Positions 43,898 to 53,422 of a stretch of DNA of 64,000 nucleotides are shown here, one piece after another. The DNA comes from Thermoplasmata archaeon (lineage in GTDB: Archaea; Thermoplasmatota; Thermoplasmata; Lutacidiplasmatales; UBA184). The notes below the pieces were generated by a model, which ran no database searches, had not been told where the DNA came from, and was given only the letters and a program-made list of their open reading frames with translations. Position numbers and translations under genes: made by a program. Location: NCBI GenBank assembly GCA_035532555.1, contig DATKQS010000006.1, forward strand, positions 9,380 to 73,379, given 5' to 3'. Within the stretch, counting starts at the first letter, position 1. Every line of letters begins with the position of its first letter.

Positions 43898-44896
43898 TTG
43901 GTCTCCCGCCGTCCGCGCATCCCGGACCTCTCGGGAGGACGCGGGCGCACCCTCATAATCGGCCGCGCTGTACGTCGGTCACCGGTCCGTCGGAGAACCC
44001 ACCGGCCCAGGATGCGACCGCAGGTCATCATCGTCGGAACGATCGTGCTGAACGCGATCCTGTTCGGGGCGAACCTGTACGTAGCGGTCCCCAGTGGGAG
44101 CAAAGCCGTCCTTTCCCAGGCGATTTACTCGGTCACGGACCTGGTCGGAGCGCTGCTCCTGTTGTGGGGAACCTACGCATCCCATCGGCGGCCCACGCAC
44201 GAACACCCGTTCGGGTTCGGCAAGGAGCGATTCTTCTGGGCGTTCGTCGCCTCCCTCGTGACCTTCAGCGTCGCGGGGCTGCTCGTGCTGCTCACGGGCA
44301 TCCAACAGATCGCCTCCCCCGGCCCGATCACCGAACTCAACTCGGCCCTGGTGGTCGTGGGGCTATCGATCATCGGCAGCTTGGGTGGGATCTACATCAC
44401 GCTCCGGGAGCTCCGCGTGTCCCGGGAGACCGTCGCGACGCTGATGGAATCCTCCCATCTCGGGCTGAAGGCGATCTTCTACCAGGACCTCGTCAGCATC
44501 GGAGGCAGCATCGTCGCGTTCAGCGGGATCCTCGTGGTCGCCTGGTTCCACACGAACGTCGCGGACGGCATCGCCGCGGCGATCGTCGGCGGGATGCTCA
44601 TCGCGACCGGATTCATCCTCACCGCGGAGAGCCGAGAGCTCCTCATCGGAAAGTCGATCCCGCCCCGGGTCGCGCGCGAGATCCTCGCCTTCATCGAGCG
44701 AGACGCTTCCGTGCAGAAGGTCCGCGGCCTCCAATCGATGATGCTGGGCCCGGACGACGTCCTGATCGCGCTCAGGATCAACTTCCCGGACGGCATGACC
44801 ACCGACCAGATCGAGGCGGCGATCGACCGCGTTTCCCTCGGCCTGCGGCAGGCCTATCCTCAGCTCCGGCACATTGTCATCGAGCCGGAGTCGTGA
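43898..44896 (+). CDS. Cation diffusion facilitator (CDF) family transporter (second copy)
   Basis: 6 TM with SQAIYSVTDLVG (TM2 metal site) and HLGLKAIFYQDLVS (TM5), plus a C-terminal cytoplasmic domain. Probable start at internal Met 44012 (MRPQVIIVG). Confidence 0.85.
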   Translation: MVSRRPRIPDLSGGRGRTLIIGRAVRRSPVRRRTHRPRMRPQVIIVGTIVLNAILFGANLYVAVPSGSKAVLSQAIYSVTDLVGALLLLWGTYASHRRPTHEHPFGFGKERFFWAFVASLVTFSVAGLLVLLTGIQQIASPGPITELNSALVVVGLSIIGSLGGIYITLRELRVSRETVATLMESSHLGLKAIFYQDLVSIGGSIVAFSGILVVAWFHTNVADGIAAAIVGGMLIATGFILTAESRELLIGKSIPPRVAREILAFIERDASVQKVRGLQSMMLGPDDVLIALRINFPDGMTTDQIEAAIDRVSLGLRQAYPQLRHIVIEPES

Positions 44897-46124
44897 TCGG
44901 GAGCTCGCCCGATCGTACCCGCCGCCACTGAAGTACGGTCAACGCGACGAGCGTGGCCGAGATCCCGCCGAAGAACAGATCGAGACCCGGAGTGCCGAGC
45001 GCGTCGTACAGTGTGGTGGAGACGGCCAGGCCGAGCACCATCCCGAGGGAGATCGTCAGCGAATAGATCGCCATCGTCGTAGCCCGGGTAAGCGACGCGC
45101 TCAGATCGGTCAGCGCCGCCAGGGCCGCCGGACCGTAGGCCAAAGCCGCGATCACCCCGATCCCGGCCGCGGCGAGCAGGACCGGGAGCGGCCCGTACGC
45201 GGCGATCAGCCCGGCCGCGAACAGGACGACCACGAAACCCGTGGTTCCAATCCCGAGCAGTCGGATCCGGCCGAAACGGTCGGACCATCTCCCGTAGACC
45301 GGTTGGGTGAACACGAGCAGGATGCCCCCGACGCCGATCAACATGGCAAGATAGATCGGCGGGAACCCCTTCGCCTCCGAGCTCGACCCGAGGAACGCGA
45401 GGGCCGTTCCGATCAGCATGTAGATCGTGAGCCAAGGCGCGGTCACCCACCAGACCTCCGGCCGTCGGAGGGCCTGCGCAAGGAGGCGGGGGACCCTCGG
45501 CCGGCCGCCGACCCACCTCGCTCGACCGCGAGCGGCGAGGAGGAGGAACAACACCCCCGCCGTTAGCACCGCAGCGCTGAGGAGGAACGTCGTCCCGAGC
45601 GCGGAGTTCGGGAGGACGGTGAGGGCCACCAACCCGACCGCAAACCCGAGCACCCAGCCGGACAGGTTCATCGCATCGAAGCGGCCCATCTCGAAACCCC
45701 GCTCCTCCGGGCCGGAGGCGTCGGCGACGAGCGCGAGGCTGGAAGCGAGGATCGCCCCGCTCGCCACCCCGAAGGATAGGTTGATCGCTCCGAGCGCGAT
45801 CGCGGAGCGGGTCGTCGAGACGAGGGCAGTGAGGACCGCCGCGATCACCATCCCGGCGAGAAGCACCGGCCACCGTCCCCAGCGGTCGGCGGCCGCGCCG
45901 GAGAGGAGCACGGTCGAGAACTCTCCGATCGGGCTCATCGCGATGACGAGGCCCACCGTGCCCAGCGAGGCGCCACCGAGCCCCTGCGACTGGCCGAGGA
46001 GGTAGCTCGCGAAGATCGCGGTGGTGATGCCGAAGGCGAACCGGATGAAGAACGTGGCTCCGAAGACGGCGAACAGCGGGCGTGCTTCGGGCCGACCGAG
46101 GGCGGAGGGAGCCGCGTCGATCAC
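44877..46124 (-). CDS. MFS transporter (second copy)
   Basis: 415 aa, 12 TM, MFS signature-like loop GAAADRWGRWP between TM2 and TM3. Confidence 0.8.
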   Translation of the reverse strand: MIDAAPSALGRPEARPLFAVFGATFFIRFAFGITTAIFASYLLGQSQGLGGASLGTVGLVIAMSPIGEFSTVLLSGAAADRWGRWPVLLAGMVIAAVLTALVSTTRSAIALGAINLSFGVASGAILASSLALVADASGPEERGFEMGRFDAMNLSGWVLGFAVGLVALTVLPNSALGTTFLLSAAVLTAGVLFLLLAARGRARWVGGRPRVPRLLAQALRRPEVWWVTAPWLTIYMLIGTALAFLGSSSEAKGFPPIYLAMLIGVGGILLVFTQPVYGRWSDRFGRIRLLGIGTTGFVVVLFAAGLIAAYGPLPVLLAAAGIGVIAALAYGPAALAALTDLSASLTRATTMAIYSLTISLGMVLGLAVSTTLYDALGTPGLDLFFGGISATLVALTVLQWRRVRSGELPITTPAR

Positions 46125-46128
46125 GAGC

Positions 46129-46518
46129 TTACGACGGCGCTGCGGGGCGCTCGATCAGCTCGATCCACACATCGTTCGGATCGAGGATGAACGCGATCCG
46201 GCCGGATCCGCCTTGAAGGCGATACGGTTCCTTCGCGACCCGCACGCCCGCGGTACGGACCCGGGCGAGAAAGGTGTCGAGATCGGGGACCTGGAAGGCG
46301 AGGTGGTCGAGCTGCTCGCCGGGTTCGACCGTGTTCTTCCCTTCCCAGTACGTGAGCTCGACCCGCGCATCGGACAGCGGATCCCGGACGAAGGCGATCT
46401 CGGCGTGGTTCTCCGGGATCGGCCGTCGTCGCTCGAACTCGAGACCGAGGATCCCGGTGTAGAAGGCGAGGCTTTCGTCCATGTCACGCACGGTGATCGA
46501 GGTGTGGAGGAAGCGCAT
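46129..46518 (-). CDS. VOC-family protein (glyoxalase I / lactoylglutathione lyase-like), intact
   Basis: 129 aa; MRFLHTSITVRDMDESLAFYTGILGLEF...HLAFQVPDLD...; two beta-alpha-beta-beta-beta modules with His/Glu metal ligands. Confidence 0.8.
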   Translation of the reverse strand: MRFLHTSITVRDMDESLAFYTGILGLEFERRRPIPENHAEIAFVRDPLSDARVELTYWEGKNTVEPGEQLDHLAFQVPDLDTFLARVRTAGVRVAKEPYRLQGGSGRIAFILDPNDVWIELIERPAAPS

Positions 46519-46566
46519 GGGTTCAGGACTCCGGAGACCGCGCGTTGCCTATCAAAGGTTCGCGAA

Positions 46567-48306
46567 CTACCCGTGGGCGAAGACGACACGGACCGGGCGC
46601 GAGCCCGTGGACCAGTCGGCCTCGAACCGGACGAATCCGACCCGTTCGAACTGCACGATATCCCTCGGAGCTGCGTCCAGGAGCGCTCGCTCGCCCGTGC
46701 CAGTTCGGTGGGTCCCATCGATCTCGAGGATATCGACCGGGATCGCTCCCTCGGCACCGATCCATTGGAGCCGCGGGATCCGCTTGTTCTCGCGGCTCGT
46801 GAAACGGGCGGAGAGATGGGATGCATCGGGGGCTAGGCGATCCGGGAGTTGGACGTTGAGCAGGTCCTTGAGGCGGACCTCGAGCCCGAGCCGCGTCTCT
46901 AGGTCGATCCGCGCGAGGTAGAAGGAGGGCCCCGCGGGCACCGTCCGCGCTCCGAGCTCGGCGCGGTCGGGGTGGTTCGGGAGTTCCACGGTCCGAAGTT
47001 CGGCGGGGTAGTCGTCCACATCGACCCGGATCGGCTGGGCCACGAACGCCCGGCGCGGGGTCATCGGGTCGATCCGCTTGCGGTTCTCCGCGTAGAGGGT
47101 CTCGGCCGGCACCTCGATGTCGGAGAGCGACATGCCGAAGGAGAGGGTGAAACGCCGGCAGGCGTCCATCGATATCCCTCGGCGATCGAGCGAACGCAGC
47201 GACCAGGTACGCGGGTCGGCCCAGCCGTCGTAGAGGCCGCTCTTGACCTCGCGGTAGGATTTGCTCTTCGAGATCTTCGCCTCTCGCACCCGCAATAGGC
47301 CCCAGTGCAGGAAGGGAGGTCCCTGGATCTCGAGGAGCTTCCAGACGAACTGCTGCATGCGGTCCTCCATCACCAGATCCTTCCCGCGGAGCACGTGGGT
47401 GACCCCGAGCTCGACGTCGTCCGCCGCCCAGGAGAACTCGAGCATCGGCCACACCCGATACTTGTGGCCCACGCGCGGATGCCCCTGCTCGTTGATGCGG
47501 AACAGCACGCGGTCGCGGAACGCGGGATCGGGGTCGGCGATGTCCGTCCGCAGCCGCAGCACCGCCTCGCCCTGCGCGAACCCGCCCGAGAGCATCCGTT
47601 CCCACATCTCGAGGGTCTGCTCTACGGTCTGCAGGCGCTCCGCACAGGCCCGGCCCGCCTCGCGGTTCTCCCTCAGCGTCTCGGCCGGACAGACGCAGAC
47701 GTACGCCCCGCCGCGCTCGATGACGCGGTGGGCCCACGGGTAGAACTTGTCGATGCGGTCCGATTTGTAGTACACCGCATCCGGATGGATCCCCGCAAGC
47801 TCGAGGTCTCCGAGGATCAGATCGAACGCCTCCGGGTCGACCCGCTTCTCCTCCGAACCGACCGTGTCGTCGAACACGAGCAAGAGGCGGCCGTCGTACT
47901 TCCGTCGGTAGTACTCGTTGACGAACAGCATCCGCGCGTTGCCGATGTGCAGGCTGCCGCTCGGGAACGGGGCCATCCGCAGCACGACCTTTCCCGGCAC
48001 CGCTCCGATGAGATCGGGGAACGTGCCCTCCTCGGACGTGACGGGGCGCGGGGTGCTCGCCTCCGCCCCCCCGAGGGCCGCGAGCGCGGCGTCTCGAGCC
48101 TCGGGGGAGAGCGCTGCGATCTCCCGGATGGTGGCCTCGACGGCCGCCTGGACGGCGGGGGCGTCGTGCCGCAGGGCGGGGTCCGTGCCGAGGAGACGCG
48201 CGACGATCGGGCCGGCTCGCGGAAGCCCCCCGTGGGTGATGGCATTCTCGAGCGCTAGACGGCGAGCGCGCACGAGGATCTCGGGCGAGAGCGGCACGCT
48301 TGGCAC
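46567..48306 (-). CDS. gltX: Glutamyl-tRNA synthetase, archaeal/eukaryotic type
   Basis: Class I HIGH motif (SLHIGNARMLFVN) and KMSKS-like (KISKSKS); 579 aa, GlxRS catalytic domain plus anticodon-binding beta-barrels. Confidence 0.9.
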   Translation of the reverse strand: MPSVPLSPEILVRARRLALENAITHGGLPRAGPIVARLLGTDPALRHDAPAVQAAVEATIREIAALSPEARDAALAALGGAEASTPRPVTSEEGTFPDLIGAVPGKVVLRMAPFPSGSLHIGNARMLFVNEYYRRKYDGRLLLVFDDTVGSEEKRVDPEAFDLILGDLELAGIHPDAVYYKSDRIDKFYPWAHRVIERGGAYVCVCPAETLRENREAGRACAERLQTVEQTLEMWERMLSGGFAQGEAVLRLRTDIADPDPAFRDRVLFRINEQGHPRVGHKYRVWPMLEFSWAADDVELGVTHVLRGKDLVMEDRMQQFVWKLLEIQGPPFLHWGLLRVREAKISKSKSYREVKSGLYDGWADPRTWSLRSLDRRGISMDACRRFTLSFGMSLSDIEVPAETLYAENRKRIDPMTPRRAFVAQPIRVDVDDYPAELRTVELPNHPDRAELGARTVPAGPSFYLARIDLETRLGLEVRLKDLLNVQLPDRLAPDASHLSARFTSRENKRIPRLQWIGAEGAIPVDILEIDGTHRTGTGERALLDAAPRDIVQFERVGFVRFEADWSTGSRPVRVVFAHG

Positions 48307-48319
48307 GAGCTCTACGCCG

Positions 48320-49084
48320 TTAAAGCGGTTCGTGGACCGAGGAAGTGCGGTCGTGATCGCTCACGATCGCCGGCGCCGCACGGTCGCCGAGCGCGTCCGC
48401 GACCGCCTGCGTCAGCGTGAGCTCGCCGCAGAGCACGCGATGCGCGGCGGTCCGGGGGATGGTGACCCGCCCATCGCTGCCGATGCGGCTGAGCCGCTGA
48501 ACGTCCGCGATCGCCCCTGCGGTCGGCCGCAGCGTCAGACGCCCTCGGATGGGTCGACCCGGTGTCTGTGCGATCCTTCGCGCCGCCACCATATCTCGCG
48601 GCCGCCGCGAGCCGCGCGGAGTGGTGCCCTGCTCGTCCACCAGTTCTACGGCCCGGGCCGACGCGAGGAGGTCGTTGACGAGGCGGTTGCGCGAGGGCGG
48701 GTCCCCACTCCCGACACGGAACAGGATCGAGCGGGAGGTGAAGCGGCGACGCAAGTGGTTCGCGAACTGTGCCCCCTCGCCCGGCGTCTCCAGCACGCCT
48801 TCCCCGATGCAGGTCCCACCGGACATAATCGCGTAGCCGGGTCGCGGGCCGGGATCGATCCCCACGATGAGGCCCCCGCGAACATCATGGGTCCGCAGGG
48901 CGTAAAGGACCGCAGCCCAGAGCGACGGGCGGTCGCCGTCTTCGGCCACCGCGAGGATGTGGGAGTGCGAAATCTCGGCGGCTTCCGCGGGCGTCGTCAG
49001 GACGACCGCGGCGCGCTCAGGGATGCGTTGCCCCGGGAGCAGGCTGATGGAAGGGAGACAGCGCTCGCGTAACGTACCCGCCAT
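48320..49084 (-). CDS. Hypothetical protein with an RNase H-like (RuvC/YqgF-type) N-terminal fold
   Basis: LIVGIDPGPRPGYAIMSGG... resembles the RuvC/YqgF 'GIDPG' first beta-strand with an acidic catalytic residue. Start set at internal MAGTLRE because the upstream part of the frame is antisense to the 49150 gene. Confidence 0.4.
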   Translation of the reverse strand: MAGTLRERCLPSISLLPGQRIPERAAVVLTTPAEAAEISHSHILAVAEDGDRPSLWAAVLYALRTHDVRGGLIVGIDPGPRPGYAIMSGGTCIGEGVLETPGEGAQFANHLRRRFTSRSILFRVGSGDPPSRNRLVNDLLASARAVELVDEQGTTPRGSRRPRDMVAARRIAQTPGRPIRGRLTLRPTAGAIADVQRLSRIGSDGRVTIPRTAAHRVLCGELTLTQAVADALGDRAAPAIVSDHDRTSSVHEPL

Positions 49085-49149
49085 CTCCGCGTAGAGCGCG
49101 GGATCCCGGGTTACGAGCGCCACACACCGAGCCAACGAGCTCCCTGACG

Positions 49150-49503
49150 GTGATATACGGCATATACTTTGCCGAGGCGATGCCCGTCTGCCTGCATTGC
49201 GGGACGCTCGCCGACGAAGGCGCGCTGTTCTGCACGAAGTGCGGCTGGACCATGCCGCAGGAGGAACGTTTGGTGGGGGGAATGACCGGCCCACGCCTAG
49301 CCCCCCAGGTTCCACCGTCGTCCCCGCCCCCGGCCCCCCGGTTCGTTCCGATGCCGATGCCTTCCTCGCCGGTTCCCACGCTCCCTCCGGTGTGGGCCGC
49401 CGGACCGACCGCGACCACCTCTCCCGGCAAGCTGTGCATCCATTGCCAGACCCGGATCTCGCCGGCTGCGGTCTACTGTCCCGTATGCCAGAGCCCGCAG
49501 TGA
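49150..49503 (+). CDS. Double zinc-ribbon (DZR-type) small protein with a Pro-rich linker
   Basis: 117 aa: CLHCGT...CTKCGW, then a Pro-rich spacer, then CIHCQT...CPVCQ. Confidence 0.5.
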   Translation: MIYGIYFAEAMPVCLHCGTLADEGALFCTKCGWTMPQEERLVGGMTGPRLAPQVPPSSPPPAPRFVPMPMPSSPVPTLPPVWAAGPTATTSPGKLCIHCQTRISPAAVYCPVCQSPQ

Positions 49504-49958
49504 CCGTCCGTCGCGCCGGCCGCAGGGGACGCCGGACCGGCGCGATGGTGCGCATCGCCCAGGAGCGCGTGCGAGACCTCTTCGGCCTCGCCGAGCGCGA
49601 GGCCCTCACGGGACACCCGGAACTGAGCGATCGGTACGTCCATCTGGCCCGCCAGGTCGGGGCCCGGTACAACGTTCGCCTCCTCCCCGAGCAACGAGAG
49701 CTGTACTGCCGCGGTTGTTCGGCCTACTGGATCGAAGGTCGCACGGTGCGTACCCGGCTCCGATCCGGTCGACGAGTCCGTACCTGCCTGCGCTGCGGCC
49801 GGGAACGGCGGATCCGGATACGCGCCCCGCGGACCCCGACGTCTCGGGCGGCGGATGGCGCCCCTCCGGGAACGATGCGCGAGCAGGGGGCCGAGGTCGC
49901 CCTCCTCGACACGGCGGAAGAAAGCGAATCCCTGGAAGAGGAGTCGGAACAAGAATAA
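49485..49958 (+). CDS. rnp4: RNase P protein component 4 (Rpp21/Rpr2)
   Basis: IAQERVRDLFGLAE...LSDRYVHLARQVGARYNVRLLPEQRELYCRGCSAYWIEGRTVRTRL...RTCLRCGRERRI matches the Rpp21 helices plus Zn-ribbon. Start could also be GTG 49500 or ATG 49545. Acidic C-terminal tail. Confidence 0.8.
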   Translation: MPEPAVTVRRAGRRGRRTGAMVRIAQERVRDLFGLAEREALTGHPELSDRYVHLARQVGARYNVRLLPEQRELYCRGCSAYWIEGRTVRTRLRSGRRVRTCLRCGRERRIRIRAPRTPTSRAADGAPPGTMREQGAEVALLDTAEESESLEEESEQE

Positions 49959-49985
49959 GCCCCGAGCGCTGGTCTCCCAGCAGCT

Positions 49986-50068
49986 GCCGGGGTAGCCGAG
50001 CGGCCAAAGGCGGCAGACTCAAGATCTGCTCTCGTAGGAGTACCCAGGTTCAAATCCTGGCCCCGGCA
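49986..50068 (+). tRNA. tRNA-Leu (anticodon CAA)
   Basis: Acceptor GCCGGGG/CCCCGGC; D-arm AGCCGAGCGGCCAAAGGCG; anticodon arm GCAGA-CTCAAGA-TCTGC; long variable arm; T-arm CCAGG-TTCAAAT-CCTGG; 83 nt. Confidence 0.8.
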
Positions 50069-50217
50069 TCGCTCCGAGCCGTCTTGGACGGCGGCGCGGA
50101 GATCGCCTTCCTCGGGGGTTCATCCGGATCGGCGGCGGCGCCGGTCTCAACGAGGTCGAATCGACTCGGATCCCGGCGAGCGCCGGGAGGGTCGGACGCT
50201 AGGGGAGCGCCGCGGAA

Positions 50218-50484
50218 ATGATCTTCGCGCCCACGGTAACGAGCGGGTTCCTCCGCCGGGTGGCCGGAACTCCCCTCGCTCCGTACGGCACGGCGCTCGC
50301 CCCGCGCATCACCACCGGCTCCTTCGCCTATGCCGCGTTGCTCCTCCCCTCGGTCGCCCTGCGCGTCGCGTTCTCTCCGATCGCGGATGTGAGCCTCTTC
50401 CAAGGAATCCACCCGATCGTCGGCTCCCTGGCCGGTGCGGTGCTGTGCGCGTGGCTCCTGCGGTCGGATCCGGACGCTGCCTAA
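50218..50484 (+). CDS. Possible small 2-TM membrane protein (weak)
   Basis: 88 aa hydrophobic ORF in an otherwise unassigned ~400-nt gap between tRNA-Leu and the radical SAM gene; overlapped by an equally long antisense ORF, so coding status is unclear. Confidence 0.2.
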   Translation: MIFAPTVTSGFLRRVAGTPLAPYGTALAPRITTGSFAYAALLLPSVALRVAFSPIADVSLFQGIHPIVGSLAGAVLCAWLLRSDPDAA

Positions 50485-51539
50485 GTGACTACGGGCATGG
50501 CGAACGTCGGCACGTAATCGTCGGGCGGTCGGCCGACAATCGGGATCTGCTCCCCGCAGGCGCGGCACCGATTCTCCGCGTCGAGGTTCCAGCTCTTGAT
50601 CATGAACCCGTACCGCTCCACGGCGATAGCGTGGCAGCGGGGGCAATAGGTGTGTTCGAGAGGGTGTCCCCAGAGGTTGCCGAGGTACACGTAGCGCAGC
50701 CCTTCCTCCACCGCGACGGCGTGCAACGCCTCCAATGTCGCCACGGGAGTGCTGGGGATGTCCATCATCTTGTAGTCGGGGTGGAAGCGCAACAGATGGA
50801 ACGGCGTGTCGGGTCCGACCCGGTCACGGACCTCGCGGGCGAGCCGCCGCAGCGCTTCGGGAGAGTCGCCCACGCGGGGCACGATGAGGTTGGTCACCTC
50901 GACGTGGATCCCGTGACGCGCGAGGCCCTCCATCGTCTCCAGGATCGGTTCGTCGCCCTTCGCGGCGACGTACTTGCGCATGAATCCGGCCTCCCCACTG
51001 GCCTTGAAGTCGACGCTCACCGCGTCCAGGTGGGGCCCGATCGCACGTACGGCCTCGGGAGACATGTACCCGTTCGTGACGAAGTTCGCGAACAGGCCGG
51101 CCTGCCGAGCCTCGCGTACGATGTCGAGTGCGTACTCGATGAAGATCGTGGGCTCGTTGTACGTGAACGTGATCCCTCGGCAGTCGAAGCGCTCGGCGAG
51201 CTTGACCGCCTCACGCGGGGAGAGTCCGCGACCGACGATGTCGCGCTCCTGAGAGATCTCGGCGTTCTGGCAGTACTGGCAGCGCCAGTTGCAGCCGGCG
51301 GTTCCGATCCCCAGGACCCGAGTGCCGGGCCGGTAGTGCGATAGCGGCTTCTTCTCGATGGGATCGACCTGGATCGCCGCGGCCCGCCCGTACGAGAGGA
51401 GGACGAGGCGACCCGCCTCGTTCTTGCGGACGAAACAGAACCCGTGCGATCCTTCGGGAATCACGCAGTAGCGCGCGCACGCCGTGCAGCGGACCTTGCG
51501 GTCCGGCAGCGGTTCGAAGAGCGTGGCGAGATGAGCCAT
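50481..51539 (-). CDS. AmmeMemoRadiSam-system radical SAM enzyme (PflA-like activase family)
   Basis: GIGTAGCNWRCQYCQN cluster motif plus N-terminal CTACARYC and C-terminal CPRCH...CRACG auxiliary Cys pairs; 352 aa, start at internal MAHLATLFEP. Confidence 0.8.
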   Translation of the reverse strand: MAHLATLFEPLPDRKVRCTACARYCVIPEGSHGFCFVRKNEAGRLVLLSYGRAAAIQVDPIEKKPLSHYRPGTRVLGIGTAGCNWRCQYCQNAEISQERDIVGRGLSPREAVKLAERFDCRGITFTYNEPTIFIEYALDIVREARQAGLFANFVTNGYMSPEAVRAIGPHLDAVSVDFKASGEAGFMRKYVAAKGDEPILETMEGLARHGIHVEVTNLIVPRVGDSPEALRRLAREVRDRVGPDTPFHLLRFHPDYKMMDIPSTPVATLEALHAVAVEEGLRYVYLGNLWGHPLEHTYCPRCHAIAVERYGFMIKSWNLDAENRCRACGEQIPIVGRPPDDYVPTFAMPVVT

Positions 51540-51644
51540 CGACCGGGGACCCCGTGATGATATCGCCCCGCGCGCCGATAACGGTACCCCGCTCCGGCCC
51601 CGTGCGACCAAGCTTTCAAGTGCGCGGAGGCTCCCCTGTCTGCC

Positions 51645-53057
51645 ATGCCCGCCGGTCGGTCCCGAGAGAGTCCCGCGGCGGCGGCGCAGCGGATCGAAAC
51701 TCGCGTCCGGGAGCGGATCACCCCCTCTCCGGAGGAGCTCGCCCGCGTCGCTCGCGTGCGGGCCGATCTCGTCCGCGCCGTCCAGCTCGCGGCCGAGGCC
51801 CGGAAGAGCCCGCTCGCGCGGGCCCTGGTCGCGGGGAGCGCCGCGCGGGGGACGTTCTTGCGGGACCGGCTGGACATCGACTTCTTCCTCCTCTTCCCGC
51901 CCGAGCTCCCACGGGCCCAACTCGAGACCGAGGGTCTCGCGCTGGCCGAGGCGATCCTCACGAAGCCCGAACGCAAGTACGCCGAGCACCCGTACCTCCG
52001 GGGAACGTTCCAGGGATACACCGTCGACGTGGTCCCCGGCTACGCCATCTCGGATCCGTCGAAACCGCTCACGGCGGTCGACCGGACGCCGTTCCACGAC
52101 GAGCACCTCCGGGCCCACCAGACGCCGGCCAACGTCTCGGAGGTCCGGCTCGCGAAGCTGTTCCTGCGCTCGCTCGGGATCTACGGCTCGGAGGCCCGGA
52201 CCGAGGGGTTCTCCGGCTACTTGGTCGAGCTCGTCATCCTCCAGTTCGGGACGCTGCACGCGCTCCTCGAGGCCGCCCGAAGCTGGCGCCTCCCGGTCCG
52301 CCTGTGCCCGCCGGGGAAGGAACCTCCGCGGCTTCCCCCGGACGTCGCGCTCATCCTCCCGGATGCGGTCGATCCGAACCGGAACGTCGCGAGCGCGCTC
52401 TCGCCGCGCAACCTCGCGCTGTTCATTCTAGGGGCGGCCGCGTACCTGGAGCACCCCTTGGAAGAGTGGTTCGAACTGCCGAAGCCGCGCCACCTCTCCC
52501 GTGCCGATGCTCTCGAACGCGTCACCCGACGGGCGACGCACGTATCGGTGGTGGAAGTGCCCCGCCCGGCGCTCGTGGATGATACGCTGTATCCCCAGCT
52601 GCGCAAGGCGGAACGCGCGATCGCCGAGGAAGCGGCCCGCGCCGGGTTCGAGGTCGTCGGTTCCGCATGCGCGGCCGGTCCGGCCGCGCTCCTCGTGCTG
52701 GTCGAAGTGGCGCACGGGCGGCTCAGCGCGGTCCGAGTGCAGGATGGGCCCCCGGCGGGTCTCGACCGGGTCGGCTCCTTCCTCGAGAAGTGGACCGCTC
52801 CGGGCGCCCCCGTTTCTCAAGGGCCCTACGTCCGCGAGGACGGCCGTCTCGGCATTGAGGTCCGGCGCAGCGAGCGCGACCTCGAGGTCGTGCTCGCCGC
52901 GGCGATCCCTCGGCTCTCGCTCGGCAAGGACATCAGCCCAGCGGCGGCCGAACGCACCCAGGTCCGCCGACTCGCCGATCATCCCGAGAGTCCCGAGCTC
53001 GATGGGGCCCTGGTCGACCTTCTGGGAAAGCGCCTACCCTGGCTCGGCCCGCGCTAG
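51645..53057 (+). CDS. cca: CCA-adding enzyme, archaeal class I tRNA nucleotidyltransferase
   Basis: Pol-beta-like NTase motif GSAARGTFLRDRLDIDFFL at the N-terminus, with the archaeal CCA body/tail domains; 470 aa. Confidence 0.9.
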   Translation: MPAGRSRESPAAAAQRIETRVRERITPSPEELARVARVRADLVRAVQLAAEARKSPLARALVAGSAARGTFLRDRLDIDFFLLFPPELPRAQLETEGLALAEAILTKPERKYAEHPYLRGTFQGYTVDVVPGYAISDPSKPLTAVDRTPFHDEHLRAHQTPANVSEVRLAKLFLRSLGIYGSEARTEGFSGYLVELVILQFGTLHALLEAARSWRLPVRLCPPGKEPPRLPPDVALILPDAVDPNRNVASALSPRNLALFILGAAAYLEHPLEEWFELPKPRHLSRADALERVTRRATHVSVVEVPRPALVDDTLYPQLRKAERAIAEEAARAGFEVVGSACAAGPAALLVLVEVAHGRLSAVRVQDGPPAGLDRVGSFLEKWTAPGAPVSQGPYVREDGRLGIEVRRSERDLEVVLAAAIPRLSLGKDISPAAAERTQVRRLADHPESPELDGALVDLLGKRLPWLGPR

Positions 53058-53419
53058 AACACGCGGATGGTGTCCATCAGCAAGAACCAGGTCGCGAGCC
53101 ATCCAAAGAAGACGACCGCGTAGAGCGTGGCCCACTCGCCCTTGGTGTAGATGCGCGCGCGCGGGTGGAGCATCGTGACCAGCGAGTACAGGACGATGAG
53201 GACGATCAGGGCGATGACCGGCGGGAGCTCCCACGGCAGCGACGCGGTATCGATCGCCCAGGAGATGCCCCCGAGCAGGACGGCGACCCCGCCGGCGATG
53301 AGCATCCCGCGGGTGATCTCGTACTCGTGGTTCAAGAACGCGCGATCGTCGAACACCGGGAACTCGAACGGAGGCTCCTCGTCCACCGCGCCGGGCTTCC
53401 CGCGGACCTTCTTCGCCAT
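53054..53419 (-). CDS. Small hypothetical membrane protein (3 TM)
   Basis: 121 aa; basic N-terminus MAKKVRGKPG followed by three hydrophobic helices. Confidence 0.45.
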   Translation of the reverse strand: MAKKVRGKPGAVDEEPPFEFPVFDDRAFLNHEYEITRGMLIAGGVAVLLGGISWAIDTASLPWELPPVIALIVLIVLYSLVTMLHPRARIYTKGEWATLYAVVFFGWLATWFLLMDTIRVF

Positions 53420-53422
53420 GGC

